From assembly GCA_047495785.1 (NCBI GenBank), contig JBLDXI010000020.1, positions 558,001 through 622,000 of the forward strand: a DNA stretch of 64,000 nt, in the 5' to 3' direction. The notes under the pieces were generated by a model. The model was not told where the DNA came from, did not search any database, and saw nothing but the letters and a program-made list of their open reading frames with translations. Of the stretch, positions 13,156-23,898 are shown one piece after another. Position 1 is the stretch's first letter, and each line of letters starts with the position of its first letter. The position numbers were made by a program, and so were the translations under genes. Source of the DNA: Lepidodermella squamata. Its lineage: Eukaryota; Animalia; Gastrotricha.

Positions 13156-16100
13156 TTAGGAAACGAAGTAATGGCCAATACGAGGATCAGTTCGCAGCTT
13201 TTGCTCCAGTGCCGTGTATTTCATAGGAGCCAGCTCTTTATGCCTGCGAAATATATAGAATACATATGGAATCATTTCTGAACACTTTTACGAAATTGTG
13301 CGACAACGCATTTTCGAATAGCGGATTTATGGGGCGTTGTACAGCAATCAGCGATAAATAAATATTATAAAAGCTGAACCCTTACCTATTCAACCTTATC
13401 TCCAAAATATGAATTCGGAAACCAGCTTCCTGACAGAAGTTCAAGTATTCCTCCTCCTCCTCTTTGCTCAAGGTCAGTTGATTCTGTTGATACCAAGCCT
13501 GCTTTTCCAAGAGCGCTGTAGTTTCCTTTTCGAATCTCGATTGAATCATGTTGGCAATATCGATCAAACGTTGCTTTAGGTCGGCTAAAGAATCTTCGCG
13601 CAGTTTGAAAGCTTGAGCTCGAGTGATCTGGCCTGATTCTGCTAGATTATTCAGCTGCGCTAAGAAGGGAGCAAGAAAATCTAGCTCCATTTCTTTAGTT
13701 CTCATTTTTTCTTCTTCGCGAAGTCTTTCAGTGTGCAACCGCTTCTTGTGAGTGTCTTCGTTCCGTAAGCTATCGTACAAGGAAACGACAAGTTCTGAGC
13801 GCAGTTCCTCTTGCGCTCGCATTCCGAGAATATCACGCACCTGGAAATACAAATTATGTGGCCAAATTATTATAGCAAATAAGTATGTCAATACCTCCTG
13901 CTCAGCTTCCCGCACTCTCGCGCGGCATTTATCCTCGGCGACCAAATACTCAATTAGCATATTGTAAACTTCAACTTGTCGTTTATCCTTGCGATTCGGG
14001 TCCACCTGATATAAGAAAGAGTTCTCAATAGAGAAATTTGGAATTTGTATTTGATACCGAACCTGAAAAGTCATGTGTGTATCGTGCTGCATTTGGATGA
14101 TTGCTCCTTTTTCTGAATGACCCGGAGGTTTGATGAACTCTCGAGTTGATTGAGTTACCCTCTCGTCCTCCACGTGATAAGTTATTTGGATTTTCTCTTG
14201 CGCAACCAGGTAAGCGATTTGTGCTACGTCCTCATTCGCTGGTACAGATGGATTCCGAGAAAACGTCTCAACCATTTTCTATCAAATTTTGTGAAATAAT
14301 ACATTTTGCCTCAATTCTTATAAATGGAATCAGCATACCAGAATTGGCCGATTAGTTGTCGTCGATGAGTCCTCGGCAGGCCCAAATTTCTTTTGACGGC
14401 GACCCAAGAGTGCAGATCTAGTTATCAGCCGATCTTCGCGGCCGATGAAAATCTGCGTTATGCTGGTGGGCGTCTCCTGAATTTCAGCCAACCCATCTGT
14501 TCTTGCCTTGTGATAAAAGAACATGAAGCGATCACTCTCTGGGCCAATAGCCGAAGATTTATATCGATGTTCTGATCCAATGTGAATAAAATAAAATTAT
14601 CACTGGAATGGATCAATTTTTTTATAAACACCTTTCAGCTTTCTAGGGCGACCTTCTTCGAAATATTCTGTCATCCAGCCTTGCGATAGATCGTAAACCT
14701 TCGCTCGGAGTTTATCTGCCCGATATTTGTACGCTTCTTGCATCTCCACCAAGTTTTTGTCTGTTTGTTACAAAGAATCATTAGGTATAGCCAATCATTT
14801 CTGGCTCGAAACTTACAAAGTCGATCTGAGTAGATCAGAACACGACGAACAATACCGTCGCGGAGCAGATAAGGAGCAAATTTCTCGACCTTCGCTCTTT
14901 TGTACATGATGCTGCGGGTACCCTGTGGACACCGCATTTCGTAATCTAAATGTGTGTTCAATATTATTTATTACGATCGGCGTGAAATGCTTTACCATGG
15001 CGTGAAATTTCAATCGGCTTAACCCAAGTTGGCGGCAAATTAATCTGTGGCTTCGTATAGTCTTCTTCGTCATCCTCTAGGCCATCGATAATCTGATCTC
15101 CTCCTAATGCAAAAAGGTGAATGTGCGTTTGACAGCAAAAAATAGGCAAACCTTGCTGCGTTATTCGCATTATCTCAGGATCATTTACAGGTAGAAAAGG
15201 CTCCCAATGTTGGCAGTTGGACAAATCGTACATCATCTTTTGCACTCCGTTGCTGCAATCTTGCATATTCACCCAGTAGTTGACATGATTCCACAATGAT
15301 TCGATACCCAGATACGCAATCGTGTTCGTCGAAACAGGCTACAATCATATGAAAGCATTCAATCGAATCTGATTTAAGCTCATTTTTTACCTTTCCAGTA
15401 AGTGGCTCGATGAAAAATGAATCCGCGATCTCTCGCTTACCGGCAAGAACTAGAACCCAGGCATGCACCCGCATGCCATAGAGAGGATCTGGAGGAGGTT
15501 TTAAGCGTTCATCTTCATCTATCTCAGCTTGTCGCTTCGCCTCTTCCTGAGCAGCGATCTCAGCATCGATTTGCCTTTGCTTCATCATGGCATCAAATCT
15601 GCTTGTCAGTTGCCGTTGTGTTCTAATAACATATTTTTTCTGAACCTTAGTTGTTTCTTCGACTATTGTCTATCGAAAAAGATATTTCTGTTATAACAGC
15701 AATTTTCATAAAAGCAATGCATGCAAATTTACCTGCTTTTTTTCCTCTAGTAAGGGGCAAATGTCCCGAGTTTGATCTGCAATACAAACTTCTCTCGTGG
15801 CATAGCCGGAAACAACGTAAGAATCGTAGCCAACGCCATTTAGCAGAGAGCAAAGCAAAGTGGCGTAGTCGAAGCTTGTTCCTTTTTGGATCTGCAGTAA
15901 AGTCGTCGGAGATATCAATCTTTTAGGAATTTCAGTAGGCGGATCCAGAGAAATGAAAGTGAGATAATCCGACACGAATTCAGCTATTCCACGCCAGTCC
16001 CAGAACTCCTCAAACGGTAATTTTGTGGGCCTAACTGTTGTCGACACAAATTTCTGGAAAAATTGCAAGATATAAATGGCTTCAGGTTTGTTTCAAGTAC

Positions 16101-16554
16101 TGCAAGATTTGTTAACCTCAACATTGCATTCATTGACGGGGAAAAGTAACAGTGGCTTCCGATCACGGTAAAGATGAACATATTGTTTACGAAAGTTTTC
16201 CGCGTAGGCAAGGAGCCGTCGCTCTTCCAGCGTATTCTGTTTGTAACTTTGAGGGAAGAGACCATGGTCAATTCCAGATTCAAATGGACTGGAATGAAAA
16301 AATGGAGGAATGTTTGGAGTTCATTGAATATCAAGCTATGCATACGGCAGTTCAACAGGGGCGCAGACAGTTATGCGACTCATCTCTTCCTTGAGTAGCT
16401 GCGCGGCGTCCTCGTCAGAAATTTGATTTTCCTTCTCCGCATTTTCATCTTGTTCGCCCTCGTGAAGCTCACCGTCCGCATTCAATTCTCCAGTTTCATC
16501 TTCGAAAGATAATGGATTTAGGCCAGTCGCCTCAGGAAGAGTTTCAGCGTCCAT
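13156..16554 (-). CDS. DRC7: Dynein regulatory complex subunit 7 (CCDC135), multi-exon
   Basis: FPQSYKQNT..AENFRKQY..DRKPLLLFPVNEC|KFVSTTVRPT, transglutaminase-like LCSLLNGVGYDSYVVSGYA, HAWVLVLAGKRE..FFIEP, GIESLWNHVNYWVNMQDC, and C-terminal FRIHILEIRLNR|HKELAPMKY; stop TAA 13156-13158. Confidence 0.93.
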
Positions 16555-16556
16555 TT

Positions 16557-16670
16557 CAACGATCGTTCAATGACCAATTCTTGCTAGCTTGAAACAACGA
16601 TCGTTCAATGACCAATTCTTGCTAGCTTGAAACAACGATCGTTCAATGACCAATTCTTGCTAGCTTGAAA
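16557..16670. repeat. Three exact tandem copies of a 38-bp unit immediately upstream of the DRC7 ATG
   Basis: CAACGATCGTTCAATGACCAATTCTTGCTAGCTTGAAA at 16557, 16595 and 16633. Confidence 0.97.
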
Positions 16671-16708
16671 CCTCGGTGGGAAAAATTCATCATGAAGACC
16701 ACGACGCT

Positions 16709-16725
16709 GTTGCTAAGCACAAACA
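16709..16725. promoter_or_regulatory. Imperfect RFX X-box plus forkhead-type site upstream of DRC7
   Basis: GTTGCTAAGCAC overlapping ACAAACA, ~155 bp upstream of a motile-cilia gene. Confidence 0.45.
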
Positions 16726-16949
16726 TTTTAACAACAAATAATTAACATTCTTAAGTTAAATAATCTAATTGTTACATATTTTTATTTTTTTACTAGATTC
16801 ATACCTACGTGATGCCGCATGTTTTCAAGGTTGAGATTTTGTGGGTTTGGTTTTTGGTGGAGTTTTTGGTAGCGTCCTTGACGCCTACGCTGACGATTTG
16901 ACCGTCCTCGGTACCGGTGTTTCCTTTTCGGAGACTGAGCAGGCAGAAA

Positions 16950-17844
16950 TCGACCGTGTATCTTCGTGAGCCCGGCTATGGCGCCAGCAGTTCAACGCCT
17001 CTAAAAGTAAATCGCTCGCTTTCGGGCGGCAGCCACCAGCCCTGCATTTGTCGCTCAACGGCTCCGCTATACCTCACGTCGAAGTGTTGCGCGTCTTAGG
17101 CATTCACCTTGACGCGAAGCTCTCTTGGAAGCCCCACATAGACCCCACCAATTCGAGTTATTTGTGGCGCTCATCCGCTCGCTGATGCTCAACCACTGCG
17201 ACATCGCCTTGGCTGGGTTGACGTGGAACAAAAACACGCCATCCACCTGGCCACCTTCATATGGAAGTGCCTTAACAAGCAAGCACCGGCTGCAATGCAA
17301 GCGCTTTTTTGTCTGAACCCGCCTCCCCGATACGAGGTTCGAAATTCCGAACCCATGTTCAAGCCGAAATGCGACTCAAAACGAGAAATGCTTAGTCTGA
17401 GTTACAGAGGTCCCGAACTGTGGAATCAACTGCCTATTGAGGCACGGCAGGCCGAGTCAGCTGACATATGCCGTTCAATTGCTCACGCTTTTTTCTACAA
17501 CAAAAATGCCTCTAGTTTAGCACTTTAATAAATTGATTGCACTCTATTTTTTTACTGTTGTGAAGCTATTATGAGCTGCTACTGCCTTTATGAAGTTGTT
17601 GAGATTTTGTTTTAATATTATCTTTATTATTATTACACACTATGTACTACTGGTCCAAATTGTTGACTGATCACTGCTACATATTAAAACGATGAATGGT
17701 CCAAACCTTTGTTTCGTCTCACTGTGCTCACTTTTCCTGTCCTAAATCTGAACCTGTCCTGAAATTATCTGTTACTTTTTCCTTCAAACATTGTCAAGCT
17801 GCCCTCTCTTGGGTGTCATAGCTTCTAAATAAATAAATAAATAA
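16950..17844 (+). mobile_element. 5'-truncated LINE (CR1/L2-like) with 3' UTR stem-loop and (TAAA)n tail
   Basis: LRVLGIHLDAKLSWKPHID, LFVALIRS..HCDIA, SLSYRGPELWNQLP..RQAES (post-RT C-terminus, frameshifted); AAGCT-GCCC..GGGT..AGCTT stem-loop followed by TAAA repeats at ~17826-17844. Confidence 0.85.
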
Positions 17845-18420
17845 ACCATGAGCCGATGTGGGCATTCTTGGTATCACACCATCGTTCGGCGCCCTGGGCT
17901 CTCCTTCCGCTGGCGTCGTACCAGCTACCTCGCTCTCGTCCGCTCGATCGCCTCTTTCGGCTGCATCGCCTTTTCGCCAGCTGCAAAGCAACAGTAGCGC
18001 CGACTCGACGTCCTGCAGAACAAGTGCATGCGTGCAATGCTCAACGTTGGCCTCGCTGACCGCGTTCGCATCACCGATCTCAAGCGGCGCTGTCGCCTGC
18101 CCAGCCTTTCGGAGTTTTTCTCCCAAGTTCAAGTCCGCTACGCCGAGATGCCCCTTCTCTTCTCCGCTACAGTCTTTCTGTTACCCTCTGTTCTTTCCGT
18201 TTCTTCCTTCTGTTTATGTTATATCCGCTTATAATTCATGTCCGAGGTCTCCTATTCCGCCGTGATTCAAGCTCATTTCTGTCTTCTCACCTCTTCTAGC
18301 ACTAGCATTCCTCCTCGCATTCACCGTGACCGTTAAACCGCACGTTGCCGATAATTTCGTCCATTTTCCTCCCCAATAGTGTAGTCCGTGCACTGTCTAA
18401 GACAAGCGCGTGTCCCCGTG
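17845..18420 (+). mobile_element. Second, different 5'-truncated LINE fragment
   Basis: YLALVRSIASFGCIAFSPA..RLDVLQNKCMRAML..RVRITDL..CRLPSL is a typical non-LTR post-RT region; interrupted by a stop and frameshifts. Confidence 0.75.
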
Positions 18421-18499
18421 TTGTGCCGGCGCCTTGTTTGTCATGTATTTCTCGATTTTTGAAGGGCGTTTTCAAAACTTTGCTGCACGTTGATTCTTT

Positions 18500-18897
18500 C
18501 TAGCCCCCATCGACTAAAAATAAAGTTTCGATTGGCTATCTTTGCCTTTTCAGGTTCTAATGGTTCGAAGGCGGTCTTTGAGTAACAACCTTTCTTTCGT
18601 GGGGATCGCTCATCTTGCGCCCTCGAGGAAAGCGCGAGGAAGCATTGCCCAGTAAACAATGCCAAGGGGCAGCTTTCCTTGAGCTGCTTGATACTGCCTG
18701 GTAAAATTGCGGACTCATTTAATGGCGTGTTCAGTAAGCCTCATTAGCTCAACTACGCAACTGCTGATTGGAGCTAACATGCGGAGGGACGAATATTTAT
18801 CGATATCCAACGATGAAGTATTGGCTATTATCTGGCTCATATCTGACTGTGCCTCGCGCCTGCGAGCTTTCAGGCCGATATCTTCATTTTCTTTCAA
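18500..18897 (-). mobile_element. Possible decayed BEL/Pao pol fragment
   Basis: LDIDKYSSLRML....V..M....YW....AFLE with in-frame stops resembles the BEL/Pao 'IDIERYSS..KL.RV...V.RF...YW..Q..F.E' linker; weak. Confidence 0.3.
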
Positions 18898-19066
18898 ATG
18901 ATAATGAAAAATACAGCCAGGAAATCAAGTAAAAAAATTGTTCACAGCTTTCCCATAATTTATTTGCAAACGACAATAAATAATAACCATTCCAAATATT
19001 AGCAGTTCACAGATTGCAAACAAATTTCAGCAAATCGAAGTCATATTTTTCTCCTCACGGAACAAG

Positions 19067-22053
19067 CTACACTGGATGAAGTTGCGCTTGAGAAAATGGA
19101 ATCGACAATGCAGTTAATCGCCCTTGATTATGACTAATGCGCAAAATATTGTGGTCGTCAGTTTGACCGGAACCAGGCTGGGCAGTTTTTGCGGCCCGAT
19201 AGTTGATTGTTTCGGCACCACAGATAAGTCCGAAAACAGATTGGACAGACTTGACATATTTGCGAACCTAGCAATTATTACTTTGACATAATAAAAGTTA
19301 TTTCTTTCAATAATTTACCGATTCTGCTAGATGAGGTTGAAAAGTGTTCAGATCGAAGGGATCGATAAAAGACTCGAGCGCATGGATTATATCGATACAA
19401 GAGGAAGCAAATTGCTGATTTCGCCGATGGTCCCCAATCAACAGCGCCGACAGCAATTGAAAATCAAAAAGATGCTGAATTGCATGATCCTGCGAGACAA
19501 TCGATTCACTGATTTCGCCAGAATCTGACGCAGATCCTAGCGATCTGGCTAGAGAAATGAATTCATTGTAAACTTGAATCAATTTCGTGAATATGACTGC
19601 ATGCAGATTGTTCCTGAGAAAAAAACAAGAAGTCGTAATGTCTCACATAAAGACTAGGTGTAAGTTACTGTTTCAGAAGGAAGGCGGGGGATGACGCTGA
19701 GAGCCGGCATAGCGAACATAGGAAGCCATAAACATTCAAAGAGGGCTGTTGCGGAAGCAGTATCTTGCTCGTTATCTTTTGCCCTCCATCGCCTTCCTCT
19801 TCGATATCCACGCTCATCCATGTCATTTCATGCGCCGAACTCGTGGAGCTTTCAAGTCTCTTCAAGGTGTTTTCCAAATTTTTCTTGAAACTCTCGTCAA
19901 TTTTAACTTTCATGTAGTTCTCCATAGCAAAACTGAGATAAAAACATGTGAAATCATTTAAATACGTAACTGCAAAACTCACTGAAACGATTCAACGCTA
20001 ATTGTGCTTATTTGATTGCGGCAATTGGACCAAAACACAGGGTCAGACATCAAGGATTTAAGAGGAAGCATGGGCTTCCCTGAAACGGAGAAATTCGGGC
20101 TACTTATCCAATCTTCGACGTAGTTGAACAAGAATGTCAACGCAAAGCAAAATGAAGACAAATTCAGAAACCTAATGAGAATGGAGTTTAAAGTTTTCTT
20201 CAAGACTTGTGATATCAAGGTAGCTTACTTTTCAGGACTGGCGTTTGAAATTTTGTCGGCTTCAAGCTGAGCTTTGCACAAATCTATCAGTCCGTTTCCA
20301 AAGGCGGACGCTTCTTGTCGCATCTTAGTCAGCCCATTCTCACGAGCGTCGAGAGGAAGCCCCGTAGCAATAAATTCGCGACAAATTGCTAATAAAGAAT
20401 CCATAGCAGTCATTGCAGCGCTAAGCGCCAACGCGTTTTGTTGGCCAGCAAAATGGCCTACTACAAATAAATCACTCGCATTTCGGCCACCTTGATTCGA
20501 GTCCAGTCTCGACTGCTTCGAGGAACTACCAAAAGCCATTGCTTTCACAGCAGACCACATAGCAGCAGGTGAATCTTTGGCATCGCTGGCTAACAAGTTC
20601 AGCAAGTCTTTCTTAACAATATCCAGATGATTTCGGACAGCAGCTTCAAATCGCATGACAACAGCGTCGGTTAAAAATCCGCTCCAGATTTCCCCAACCG
20701 ATGGAACGTGATTTTGACAGCAGCAAGCGCTTAGCACTGAGCTGATTTCTTCACACAGCTTTTGCAAAGCTTCGAGATCGGGAACTTTTTCCAACATTTT
20801 AGGAATTTCGACAGCTAAATATTGCTTGGCTGTTTGCAACCACTCAGCAAGGCGATCATATACAAAAGCTGGCTCAAGCGCCTCGATTTTATCGAGTTGA
20901 CATGACTGAGTGAGGTGGCGACTGATTTTGCCGAGTTGAGCGTGAATACTTTGAGGAAGCGTGAATCGCACGAATTCTTTTTCAAATGTCAGAGCAGGCG
21001 GGCATATTTTGGACGCGCGATCCTCGAATTCGCCGAGAATCGCCGAACGGTGGTCGATGAACAGATTAGTTGCCAGAATCGCAGTAGATAAATAAGAATG
21101 AATCGACTCGGCGACTGCATTGGGCGAAGAATTTTTCGTTACCACCGCCTGCAAAGCCTCGTACCGGCAATTCAAAAAACTTTCATAACTTTGCCGAGGC
21201 GACAAGTAATCGATAGCAATATAGGCCGCTAACCAATTTACAGATTTCGACATCAACTCTGCGGTGAAATTTCCGTTAAATTTCAGAGGAACAGTCAGCG
21301 ATCCCAAGTTATTTCGACAGGCTGACGAAAGGGATGCCCGGCATCTAGAAAGCCGTGACTGAACTTGAGTCGATGCAACCAATGAACCAGAATTTGTAAG
21401 TTGCAAATGAGCGCAAATGTCACTGGCTAGTAGATAAAGCAACGCCCCATCCACTGGCTGAGAAGCATCAATACTGTTGTGGATCTGTGAACATTTATTC
21501 AACAAATAAAAAAGAATTGAAATGGGTTGTCAAACGAACCTCCTCTGGCATTATCAATAATAAGCGTGTGTATGTTTCATTTGAAATTGCTCCAGTTTGG
21601 TCTCTGATAATAGTTTCGAATTAGCAATTCCGAAAATATCGGTCTGTAGCTTACATTTGAGCATTGGAGTCATTACTGAGAGATTTAGAAACATCGCCTA
21701 GACGGAGCTTTAAAACTCCAACTTCACTCAGTATTTGTTTAGAAGTTTGCGAAAGCTTAGCAATCAAATCGGCTGAATCAATCAGGTCTCGATAGCGTTC
21801 GCTGTTCAAAGAAGATGTTGTAAACCCACTAACAGTCATGCAATGAATGATTTTACCCGACAATTCCACGCAGGTAATCCTTTTTTCGTTCAATATCGAA
21901 TCGCAGCTTTTCTTCAACTTTCTTAGCTTCATCGAGGGAGTTCTGAACGAAAATAGTCTCAACTTCGCCACTTATAGTCGGCGAAGGCAGCGGGCTTGAA
22001 AATGTTGCGCCCAAAGGAGGTTTGACCGCCCTGTAGGCCGAAACTACCGACAT
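19067..22053 (-). CDS. COG1: Conserved oligomeric Golgi complex subunit 1, multi-exon
   Basis: Vps51-type N-terminus IERKKDYLRGIVG|ERYRDLIDSAD; AIQHLFDFQLL..LESFIDPFDLNTFQPHL; final exon SVFGLICG..HNIL; stop TAG 19067-19069. Confidence 0.9.
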
Positions 22054-22140
22054 GTTAACAATTGAACAACTAGAAATACAATTTTGATTTGATGAGCCGA
22101 ATTTAATAAACTATGCAAAAACAATACAAAAAGCAAAATG

Positions 22141-23212
22141 TCACACATCCATCGGAGCGATTTGATCATTTCTTTCTGATTCTATAGGAGGCTGAGGGAG
22201 AATGGTGGCCAATAGGTTATCATTTCCCAACGGATGATCGATGGCAGGCTGGGTCAAAAAAGAGAAACATTTCTCAAATATTTCACGAAACTCAGGGCTG
22301 ACAAGAAGAGTTATCTTTGCTATTCTGACTCGCCAGTTTTTGCTCACCGGGTCTTGAACAATACCGAAAGCTTGTTGGCTAAGACCTGCCAGCGTATAGT
22401 CACCCCCACGCAGGGATGGCGAGACGAAGAAAGTGCCCTTCACCGCGACGCAGTGAAGACCATGCAGATCGGCTCGCATATCGAACGCGTCTCGGTTTTC
22501 AGTGTTAGGATTCAAAATAAGCTTTAGGGAGGAGATAATTTGCACCAATCGTTGATAAACAGGCTCAGCATCACTTATGTGCTCCTCCCAACTGAAACTC
22601 TTGTCTTCAGTCGCGGCATAAAAATCAAATTTTGCATCCGGTAAGAAATGTTCCGGGGCGAAAACGCCATTAGGCTCGGAAACACTGCAGCCAGCTAGAG
22701 GTAGTAGCAACTTTGACCACCATTCCACGAACTGAACTGCCATTTGGGGCAAAAACTCCGGAATTTGCGGCTTATCGATCGTACTATCTTCACCATTTGA
22801 TACGACATCCGTCGGCTCTTCAACTATTTCTTCTATTATCGGTTCGGTTCTTTGTTGATAGCTGCAACCCCATTGCTGTAGAATTTTGCTAACCAATTCA
22901 ATTTTAGTCGTGTTGAGTGCAACATTTTCGCGCGAGTATTGCATCAGGTATGAAAATAAAACATGTTTCGTAAACCGTTGGCGAGAGAGCAGCTGATGAA
23001 CATCTTCGCTCCAGTCCAGAATGGCCGATATGACTTCATCTAAAAATTGACTTCAGACAAGTTCACATGATATAACACGCCTACTCACCATCAATCGGTT
23101 TTATCTCAATTTTTCCGCCAGTAACGGTTTTCGCCAGCGCTCTTAGCTCACTCGGCGACAAACACTTCAGCAAGTTTTTCACATGAGATACTAAAGCTCC
23201 AGTAATAGGCAT
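22141..23212 (-). CDS. C3orf38: C3orf38 (DUF4518)-like protein, 2 exons
   Basis: LLKCLSPSELRALAKTVT..|EVISAILDWSEDVHQLLSRQRFTKHVLFSYL, QFVEWW, FAPEHFLPDA, LILNPN, HGLHCVAVKGT, QAFGIVQDP..NWRVR. Confidence 0.8.
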
Positions 23213-23321
23213 CACACGTAAACCATCAAAATTTCTAAATAGAAAAAATATCGGACTTCATTCGAGCTGGATTCGTTTGCGATACTTCTTTAACGGAAAG
23301 ATCCTATGGCAATGATGATGA

Positions 23322-23761
23322 TCAATTTTCAAAATGTCCTAAAATCTTAATCAAAGATCGATGCTTCGTATTCATAGAGTTGAATGTTAACGAAGCACCG
23401 CGCGAAAAGTATGGTACTGAATCTCTAGTGTAATATAAAGCTGCTCGAGAGGCAGCAAAAGCAGCTGAAAAAAGAATGAGGAAAATGCATATTTTTGTAA
23501 ATTGCAAACTTACGATTATTCGAAAACCGTGTGATACATGGTCCGAGCTTGCTTATCAGCTCATAGTAGCACAAATCCAATCTGAGTAGAATCCTACAGT
23601 TTCCGATTTCCGATAATGAGCGTCGATCAGCGTTCTGTTTCTCATAATAACGCACTAAGAAAGAAAAATGGCGAAGTTAATCCACACCGTTTTCATTTTT
23701 AATATTTAACGCCGATTTTTTCATTCAACGTTTACTCACATGGAAAGAGCCTGATCATCAT
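23322..23761 (-). CDS. Unannotated 3-exon ORF, 101 aa, unknown function
   Basis: Exons 23761-23740, 23654-23514 and 23464-23322 joined by GTGAGT..TTTCTTAG (85 nt) and GTAAGT..TTTTCAG (49 nt) introns give 306 nt, open from ATG to TGA. Confidence 0.55.
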
Positions 23762-23898
23762 TGCTTAATAACACCATCACAAGCCATAAATTTAGTTGAG
23801 ATATATTTTTAAAGTTTCTTGTGGATATGGCCGAATAAGGAATGAATGAATGAAACTAAAACGTTCTTCTCACACAATTGCACGCAACCGTTTCTGTT

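Noticed and set aside
16557-16670. CRISPR array
   Set aside because: Repeats are directly adjacent with no spacers, the context is eukaryotic, and there are no cas genes.
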